From an uncultured Candidatus Saccharibacteria bacterium (GTDB lineage: Bacteria; Patescibacteriota; Saccharimonadia; CAILAD01; JADZBC01), in the NCBI GenBank assembly GCA_964413715.1, contig CAYPSN010000005.1, forward strand, positions 1,572 to 65,571: 64,000 nucleotides of DNA, written 5' to 3'. Every line of letters begins with the position of its first letter. Within the stretch, counting starts at the first letter, position 1. Position numbers and translations under genes: made by a program. Under the pieces are notes generated by a model. It saw only the letters and a list, made by a program, of their open reading frames with translations. It did not search any database and had not been told where the DNA came from. Below, one piece after another: positions 57,464 to 64,000 of the stretch.

Positions 57464-57820
57464 ATGTTAAAACGCTTTTTACTTAGTTGGGGGGCAAACT
57501 TTGTCGGCCTAACTATAGCGGCTCTGTTGCTCTCAGGTATACAGTATCAAGATAAAATTCGTGTGCTCGTCATTGCGAGTTTAATATTCGGCTTGGTAAA
57601 CGCATTCTTGCGCCCCATTGTGGTACTATTTTCACTTCCGGCGATCATGCTTACGCTCGGCCTGTTCTCGTTGGTTATTAATACCCTGATGCTGTATGTG
57701 ACAAGCCTACTGTATAAGCCATTCAATATTACTTCGGTGTGGGCTGCGGTGGGTGCGGTTATTATCGTTTGGCTGGTGAATTATGGCGTGGATAGCTTAG
57801 TGAAGGAGAAGAAGCAATGA
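57464..57820 (+). CDS. YvlD/phage-holin-4 family membrane protein
   Basis: GLVNAFLRPI...SLP...TLGLF..VIN; commonly next to uvr genes. Confidence 0.85.
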   Translation: MLKRFLLSWGANFVGLTIAALLLSGIQYQDKIRVLVIASLIFGLVNAFLRPIVVLFSLPAIMLTLGLFSLVINTLMLYVTSLLYKPFNITSVWAAVGAVIIVWLVNYGVDSLVKEKKQ

Positions 57821-58035
57821 AGCAGGTTTTACAATACATTACTTTGGTAAGTGCTGTGCTTTTGGTGGTGGTAGTTTTGCTGCAGAACCAAGGCGCTGGC
57901 TTGGGTGGCGCCTGGGGTGGAGAAGGCAATTTTTATCGCTCTAAGCGCGGCGCCGAAAAGGCCTTGTTCGTGGCGACTATTGTCATCGCTATAATATTTA
58001 CGGGGAGCCTAATCGGCGGTCTCCTGGTTAAGTAA
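57817..58035 (+). CDS. secG: preprotein translocase subunit SecG
   Basis: VLLQNQGAGLGGAWGG....RSKRGAEK.L. Confidence 0.9.
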   Translation: MKQVLQYITLVSAVLLVVVVLLQNQGAGLGGAWGGEGNFYRSKRGAEKALFVATIVIAIIFTGSLIGGLLVK

Positions 58036-59768
58036 TGTGGTCTTATTTTAAGTTTCGATGGCATCGGTCGATGCGTCGGTGGCGCAAGCGGCTATGGGTG
58101 GCGCGCAAGTGGTTAGCCAACTATCTTGATCGCCATGTTTATGGCGCTTGGCAAAAGCTTGGGCCGTTGCGGTGGATGTTTGTTTCTTGGGTGGCGATAA
58201 TGGTTGTCTCGCTCTGGGGCGTGCTCTCTTACTCTGCCAACCTCAGTAAGTTTTACATTACAACTCAACCTGTGCCAGGTGGTGTTTATACCGAGGGTCT
58301 CTTGGGGGAGGTGAGGATCCTTAATCCAGTTTTGCCCGAGAACACAGCTACGAGCGATGTGAATCGGCTTGTCTTTAATGGTCTTACGCGGGTGAATGAT
58401 CGCCGGCAAATCGAACCAGACTTAGCAGAGCGCTGGGAGGTGTCGGCTGATCAGAAAACCTACACATTCTACCTGCGACGTGACGTAAAGTGGCACGACG
58501 GCAAGCAGTTTACGTCGAAGGACGTTGCTTTTACAGTGGCCGCCATTCAGAATCCCGACAGTAAATCACCACTGGCTTATAACTGGCAGGGTATTAAATT
58601 CGATCGCCCCGATGACTACACGATCAAATTTACTTTACCAAATAGCTATACTGCCTTTCTCTCGGCTACCACGGTAGGTATATTGCCGAGCCATGTGTTG
58701 GATTCTATTCAACTTTCGCAACTACGCATTCATCCATTTAGCCAGCGACCAATTGGTACCGGCCCATTTGTATTAGACGATTTTGGTGGTGACAAGGGGC
58801 TCATTACATTAAAAGCTAACCCAGACTATTTTAGAGGCAAGCCATTACTGGATGAAGTGCATTTTGCGCTGTATAAAACTCCAGAAGCTTTGCTTAACGG
58901 CTACGCACGCAAACAAATTGCCGGTATATCGAGTATTAATACCTCACAGCTAAGCGCTGCTGCAAAGATAGATAGCCTGAAGATTTACGAGTATAGCTTA
59001 CCTGCGTACGTAGGACTATTCTTTAATACAAAGACGGGCTACTTGGCGAATGTCGACGTACGTCGTGCACTAACACAGGCAGTTGATAAGGAAAGTATTA
59101 TTACAAGCTCGCTTTCTAATCGGGCTAGCTCGGTTTACTATCCAATTCTGCCAGGCCAAGCAGGCTTTAACCCGAAGGCTACGCGCTATGGCTATGACCC
59201 GGAGGCTGCCTCTAAGGTGCTTGCAAGCAATAAGCCTCAGAAGCCTCTGCGCCTGGTAACTCTTAAATCTCCCGAATATAGCAGCGTGGCGCGACAGTTA
59301 GCACAGCAGTTGAGTTTGGTTGGTGTGGCGGTTGAAGTGAAGGAAGTCGACATAGTCTCGTTGCAGCAGAATCATATTCGACCGCGTAACTATGACATTC
59401 TGTTGTACGGCCAGAATGCCGGAATAGACTCAGATGTATATTCATTCTGGCACTCTAGCCAGGCAGACGACCCTGGCTTGAATGTGTCGAACTATCGTAG
59501 CGCGGAGGCTGATAAGCTGTTGGCGGCTGCACGCTTGAGCCGTGATCCCGAAGCAAGAGCCGCCAAATTCGCTTCGTTTGTAGACGTGTGGGCGAAGGAT
59601 ACCCCAGCAGTATTGCTATATAGCCCACTTTATTTGTATGGCCAAGACCGATTAGTTGAGGGCGTAAACGCGGGTAAAATAGCGGAGCCGAGTGATCGGT
59701 TTTACAACGTTGAGGCATGGTCAATGAAGCGAACAAGAATCCTTAAGCGCGACGCAAACCAGAACTAA
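58035..59768 (+). CDS. OppA/DppA-family (SBP family 5) substrate-binding protein with TM anchor
   Basis: LNP, FNGL, PDLAERWEVSAD.KTYTFYLR..VKWHDG, PIGTGPF. Confidence 0.92.
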   Translation: MWSYFKFRWHRSMRRWRKRLWVARKWLANYLDRHVYGAWQKLGPLRWMFVSWVAIMVVSLWGVLSYSANLSKFYITTQPVPGGVYTEGLLGEVRILNPVLPENTATSDVNRLVFNGLTRVNDRRQIEPDLAERWEVSADQKTYTFYLRRDVKWHDGKQFTSKDVAFTVAAIQNPDSKSPLAYNWQGIKFDRPDDYTIKFTLPNSYTAFLSATTVGILPSHVLDSIQLSQLRIHPFSQRPIGTGPFVLDDFGGDKGLITLKANPDYFRGKPLLDEVHFALYKTPEALLNGYARKQIAGISSINTSQLSAAAKIDSLKIYEYSLPAYVGLFFNTKTGYLANVDVRRALTQAVDKESIITSSLSNRASSVYYPILPGQAGFNPKATRYGYDPEAASKVLASNKPQKPLRLVTLKSPEYSSVARQLAQQLSLVGVAVEVKEVDIVSLQQNHIRPRNYDILLYGQNAGIDSDVYSFWHSSQADDPGLNVSNYRSAEADKLLAAARLSRDPEARAAKFASFVDVWAKDTPAVLLYSPLYLYGQDRLVEGVNAGKIAEPSDRFYNVEAWSMKRTRILKRDANQN

Positions 59769-59886
59769 GCAGACTGGAAGCCTGCTAGGCCATATAGTAC
59801 AATGCAGTAGTTCGCTTGAGTTGTAGATTTGTCGAGAGTCCTTTTGTCCATCAAGACGCTAAACTGATATTAAGATTTTGATATGT

Positions 59887-59972
59887 GCCGCGGTGGTGGA
59901 ATGGTAGACACGCTAGCTTCAGGTGCTAGTGGGAGCAATCCTGTGGAGGTTCGAGTCCTCTCCGCGGTACCA
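59887..59972 (+). tRNA. tRNA-Leu(CAG)
   Basis: GCCGCGG/CCGCGGT acceptor; CTAGC-TTCAGGT-GCTAG; variable arm; CCA. Confidence 0.96.
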
Positions 59973-60016
59973 GTAATTATTTGTTAGAATATATAATCAT
60001 AAGGAAAGAAATCATC

Positions 60017-60439
60017 ATGAGGCTATGGCACAATATGCTGAATATGCCCAAGGAAGATCTCGTTTGGCATGAACAAGATATGGCCGATGAGCTAGAAGAA
60101 TACTACGAGGCTCAAGGCATAATTATGAAATGGTCGGAGCTGAGCGATGTAGTCTACACATGCTCGCGCGGTAGGTGGAGCGGGCACTCAATGCAATTTC
60201 CGTTCTCGGCTTGGCAATATGTTCTTGGTATGGTCTACATGTACCCAAAGTATACGAGTCGCTGGCTTTTTTTCAGGCGTGCTGGCAAAAAACTACATGC
60301 GGCTCGTTCTGTGGATGAGGTCCGTAACCCTAGGAAAATTGCAAAGTTACATTCAATTGCAGAACGATACAATCTAGATAAGCACCAGTTTCAACTGTTG
60401 TGTGAGAAGCAGCTTAAGTATTGGCCGTTATTGCCCTAA
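60017..60439 (+). CDS. hypothetical protein
   Basis: AAGGA SD; ELEE...ELSDV motif reminiscent of MazG-like NTP pyrophosphatases. Confidence 0.65.
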   Translation: MRLWHNMLNMPKEDLVWHEQDMADELEEYYEAQGIIMKWSELSDVVYTCSRGRWSGHSMQFPFSAWQYVLGMVYMYPKYTSRWLFFRRAGKKLHAARSVDEVRNPRKIAKLHSIAERYNLDKHQFQLLCEKQLKYWPLLP

Positions 60440-61314
60440 ACCTTGGTGTAGATGAAGTTATAGCCTTTGTCGGTGTTGCGATCCCAGGTGTAGTATGGGC
60501 TAAAGAGGTAGAAAACATTACGGTAGGCTTTAACGTCAGCGCGTTGGTTTTCAAAAGTTTTGTCGTTGGCGTGCTCAGGGTTGTTGGTAATTTTAGTGAG
60601 GGCATAGCCTTCTGGAATGCCACTCTTTGGTCTTAGACAGAACGTTGTGCCACTCGGTAAGTTGAGTGAGAATTTGCCTTCCACATCGGTTTTTACCGTG
60701 TATTCTTGGTAGCACGTTTGGAGTGTAACGCCTTCTTTGCCTTGGCCATCGAGGGTAACTTGACCAGTAACCGTAACGTTATAAGAAGATGCAGGAATTG
60801 ATGGTACGGATGGCAAAAGGTCGGGCAGGGCAAGTGCTACGGGCGCAGGTCGGGCAGCAGTTGACCAGCAGTAATACGATGCATTCCAGGGTTGGGTGCC
60901 ACGGCGTGAGAAGGCAGTTCGAAACGCCTCATCTTGAACCTCGGGCGGTGCGTCAGATGCCTTTGGATATTTGGCCGACGTTTCGGCGCTGACATTGCTG
61001 CGCCAGGTGCCAATGTCGAATTGGTATGCGCCATAGTGCGCAATGCCATTAAAAGCAGTGTAGCGCGGGGTGCTATTTGGACCGCTACCACTTTCACAGC
61101 CAGCTATGCGCGTGCGCCAGTATTCCACATTGTCTGTGTACACAATGTAGCTGCCGGCCATACTGCGATAGATTATGTACAGTCCGCACAGGGAAAACAG
61201 TGCAATAAAAGCATATATAATCGAGCGATTGTGTTTAACTTTATGATGGCGCACCAAGTGCTTTTTGTGATGCGGATGTTGGTGGGCGTGACGTGTTTTG
61301 TGACGGGTTGGCAT
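60436..61314 (-). CDS. membrane-anchored Rpf-type transglycosylase domain protein
   Basis: His-rich N-tail, TM, IAGCESG..YGAYQFDIGTW..ASDAPPEVQD..GTQPW; C-terminal beta domain. Confidence 0.8.
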   Translation of the reverse strand: MPTRHKTRHAHQHPHHKKHLVRHHKVKHNRSIIYAFIALFSLCGLYIIYRSMAGSYIVYTDNVEYWRTRIAGCESGSGPNSTPRYTAFNGIAHYGAYQFDIGTWRSNVSAETSAKYPKASDAPPEVQDEAFRTAFSRRGTQPWNASYYCWSTAARPAPVALALPDLLPSVPSIPASSYNVTVTGQVTLDGQGKEGVTLQTCYQEYTVKTDVEGKFSLNLPSGTTFCLRPKSGIPEGYALTKITNNPEHANDKTFENQRADVKAYRNVFYLFSPYYTWDRNTDKGYNFIYTKV

Positions 61315-61404
61315 AGGTGATCTCTTAACGTTAAATATATAATGGTTATGCCTTGAAGTCAAACTCGAGTACTCAAGCATAAGCAAAATTGATATACTAT
61401 GTAT

Positions 61405-63072
61405 ATGAAGCAAATTGTGGAAGAACTAGGCTCTCTACTTGTTGGCGACGTCACCATAGACGACGCAGCAAGGGAATATTTTGCAACTGATGGTAGTGTG
61501 TTTGAGCTAAAGCCGAAGCTCGTAATGTACCCACAGTCCGAGCGTGACGTAATACTGGCGGTACGCTATTTGGAGGCTCGAGCTAAAGATGGCGAAAAAA
61601 TTCCACTTACAGCCCGCGGCAAGGGAACTGATCAGGGTGGTGGCGCATTGAGCGAAGGGGCGTTACTTGTTTTTCCGGCACACATGAATCGTTTAATTTC
61701 GGTTGGAAAATCCAGCGTGCGAGTCGAGCCAGGCATGATTTACAAAAGCCTGCAAAACGTACTGCAAAGTCACGGCCAGTGGCTGCCACCATACCCGGCA
61801 AGCATTGATTTTGCAACCATTGGTGGTGCGGTAGCCAACAACTCGGCGGGTGAAAAAACAATTAAATATGGGTCGACTAGGAACTATGTAAAAGGTTTGC
61901 GCGTGGTATTGAGCAATGGTGATGTAATTACGACCAAGCGACTTAGCCGCAGAGAATTACGCGCCAAGAAACGACAGGATGATTTTGAAGGTCACATTTA
62001 TCGCGAGCTGGACAAGTTACTAATTGAGAATAAGCGGATTATATCTGCTGCAGCACCGCCGACAAGCAAGAACTCCGCAGGTTATGATTTGTGGGACATT
62101 AAAGGTAAGGGCGGCAGTTTTGATTTGTCGCAACTGATTGTTGGCTCACAGGGGACACTCGGAGTTGTTACTGAAGTCGACTTGCGCACAGTTGCTTATA
62201 ATCCCCAAACGATTTTGTTGACAGGCTTTTTCGAATCAATTGATGCAATGGCCGAGGCGGTTGAAAAGATAATGCCGCTAGCACCAAGCGCTATGGAAGT
62301 AGTGGACTACCACCTCCTTAAATTCCTGCGTGATCATCACAATCATATTATCGATGGCTTAATACCAGAGAAGCTGCCTGCGGTTGGACTCTTGGTGGAG
62401 TTTGATGACCACAAGAGTGCGGTGCGTTTGCGAAAAGCTCATAAAGTAGCAAAAGTTTTCAAGACATTGGCCTATGAGTCGGGCTATGCTACAGACCCAG
62501 AAGAGCAGGCTGCGTTATGGAAGATCCGACGCAGTGCCGCAGCAGTTATTTGGATGTACAATGGCCCCAAAAAAGCCCTACCGATCATCGAAGATGGTGC
62601 TGTGCCTCTTAAGAATATGCCTGAGTTCTTGAAGGAAATTTATCGGTTATTTGAAAAGTACAAGATTCAAGTAGCTATTTGGGGCCACGCCGGCAATGCG
62701 AATTTTCACTTACAGCCATTTATGAATCTAGCAAATTATCGTGATCGCAAGAAAGTCTTTGAGATAATGGATGAATTTTACAAAATCGTGATTAAGCTGG
62801 ATGGCACTACTTGTGGTGAACATAATGATGGAATTTTGCGCGGACCATACCTAAAGAACCTCTACGGTGCAGAAGTTTTCGAGTTATTTAAAGCAGTAAA
62901 AGATCTGTTTGATCCATATGGCTTCTTGAACCCAGGAGTAAAGACTGGAGCGACCAAGGAAGAGGCAATGGTGCATCTTAGGCGTGAATACAGCATGAAG
63001 CACCTGCACGATTTTTTCCCAAGCTTGAGCCACACTAAGCCCAAACCTGTTAAAAAAGAAGAGTTTTTGTAG
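61405..63072 (+). CDS. FAD-linked oxidoreductase (D-lactate dehydrogenase/GlcD family)
   Basis: ARGKGTDQGG, TIGGAVANNSAG, GSQGTLG, GHAGNANFH, GEHNDG, LNPG. Confidence 0.92.
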   Translation: MKQIVEELGSLLVGDVTIDDAAREYFATDGSVFELKPKLVMYPQSERDVILAVRYLEARAKDGEKIPLTARGKGTDQGGGALSEGALLVFPAHMNRLISVGKSSVRVEPGMIYKSLQNVLQSHGQWLPPYPASIDFATIGGAVANNSAGEKTIKYGSTRNYVKGLRVVLSNGDVITTKRLSRRELRAKKRQDDFEGHIYRELDKLLIENKRIISAAAPPTSKNSAGYDLWDIKGKGGSFDLSQLIVGSQGTLGVVTEVDLRTVAYNPQTILLTGFFESIDAMAEAVEKIMPLAPSAMEVVDYHLLKFLRDHHNHIIDGLIPEKLPAVGLLVEFDDHKSAVRLRKAHKVAKVFKTLAYESGYATDPEEQAALWKIRRSAAAVIWMYNGPKKALPIIEDGAVPLKNMPEFLKEIYRLFEKYKIQVAIWGHAGNANFHLQPFMNLANYRDRKKVFEIMDEFYKIVIKLDGTTCGEHNDGILRGPYLKNLYGAEVFELFKAVKDLFDPYGFLNPGVKTGATKEEAMVHLRREYSMKHLHDFFPSLSHTKPKPVKKEEFL

Positions 63073-63096
63073 TACAATACGTGAGTTCATTTTTGC

Positions 63097-63186
63097 GCGG
63101 ACGTGGTGGAATGGTAGACACGCTAGCTTGAGGGGCTAGTGCCTAATATATCAGGCGTGGAAGTTCGAGTCTTCTCGTCCGCACCA
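63097..63186 (+). tRNA. tRNA-Leu(GAG)
   Basis: GCGGACG/CGTCCGC acceptor; CTAGC-TTGAGGG-GCTAG; variable arm; CCA. Confidence 0.96.
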
Positions 63187-63348
63187 GTATAGAGCAATCC
63201 ATTGGATTGCTCTATACTGGTAAGAGTAGAGTAAACCCGACTGTAAGTTCGGTGAAGTAAGGCGCGCAGCGTCAATACCAAGCTTGCTTGAGTTTTGACC
63301 AAGCACTTTGCGAAGGTTGCGCCAGCAACCGACTCTCGTCCGCACCAG
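63173..63348 (+). repeat. 15-bp direct repeat of the tRNA-Leu 3' end bracketing a structured element
   Basis: TCTCGTCCGCACCAG at 63173-63187 and 63334-63348; 18-bp perfect inverted repeat at 63183-63221. Confidence 0.88.
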
Positions 63349-63367
63349 CACTTATTTGGAGGGCAAT

Positions 63368-63946
63368 ATGATTTCGGAATATCATGCGCGTTATCAATCA
63401 AAGTCGGATGATGAGATTACTCGTCGAGCGCGCGAGAAATTCAATGAGCTCACTAGGGTGTTCTCTGCTGCGCCGCTCGACACAACATCAGACCCAGTGG
63501 AAGTTGCAGTTATGGGCTGTGGTGATAGGCGCTACGTGGCTCACCATAAGGATATGTTTGCACGGATTTTGGCGCGCAAGGTGCGTTTGACGACTTTTGA
63601 TATTGAAACTAATCACTTATCGGGCGAAGAAAATGTGATTGAGCATGATTGCTCATTGCCTTTACCGGGCGGCCCATATGATGTGACTTTTGGCCATGTT
63701 GTCTTGCCTTTTCTTACTTCAAAGAAACAACTTGATATGATTTCGGCTGGTTACAATGCACTCAAGTCAGGAGGAATTCAAATACAGGTGCTTGACCCGA
63801 TGAATTATGATGAGTCGAGCGAGACACCCGAAGGACTACACAAAGTTGCTCCAGACGTGATAAAGAAACATGCACAAGATTTGGGTGCACGAGTAATAGA
63901 AGTTGATCTAGACATCGGCATGGCGATAGTAATAGTCCACCGATAA
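63368..63946 (+). CDS. class I SAM-dependent methyltransferase-like protein
   Basis: GGAGG SD; VAVMGCGD, TTFD, HD, YDVTFGH, LKSGG. Confidence 0.75.
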   Translation: MISEYHARYQSKSDDEITRRAREKFNELTRVFSAAPLDTTSDPVEVAVMGCGDRRYVAHHKDMFARILARKVRLTTFDIETNHLSGEENVIEHDCSLPLPGGPYDVTFGHVVLPFLTSKKQLDMISAGYNALKSGGIQIQVLDPMNYDESSETPEGLHKVAPDVIKKHAQDLGARVIEVDLDIGMAIVIVHR

Positions 63947-64000
63947 CGCACTGTAATACGATGCTATGCATGGTTAAGGCCCCGAGGAAAATTCATAGAC

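Noticed and set aside
63947-64000. Possible start of another element (ATGCATGGTTAAGGCCCCGAGG)
   Set aside because: Cut by the window edge; not enough sequence to interpret

Overview
Chromosomal window of a small-genome bacterium that uses the standard code (TGA is a stop). Gene content suggests Patescibacteria (CPR), probably Saccharimonadia/TM7; this is an inference from the FtsA-like plus baseplate-J-like pair, short SMC, DUF5663-like protein, DsbA/VKOR, split transketolase and holin-secG-oppA. It is mostly housekeeping genes (ruvX, mltG, pcrA, obgE, murF, leuS, rpmF, nusB, rnc, smc, rpsP, trmD, queA, tgt, proS, xth, rpmG, gap, pentose-phosphate genes, trxB, uvrB/A/C, secG) plus four tRNAs. 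I found no CRISPR array, integrase or transposase. Most notable: (1) a complete leucine leader-peptide attenuator upstream of leuS; (2) two coexisting expression styles, where many resident genes look leaderless (-10 box 6-8 nt before ATG) while five dispersed stand-alone genes have strongly G/C-ending codons, strong Shine-Dalgarno sites and hairpins in their UTRs, one being a cytidylate-kinase homologue lacking the Walker-A lysine; (3) a structured 5' leader with a probable ATT start on a LysM-CHAP gene; (4) a 161-bp structured non-coding element bounded by a duplicated tRNA-Leu 3' end; (5) a membrane-anchored Rpf-type transglycosylase. All calls come from reading motifs by eye; no database searches or folding programs were run.
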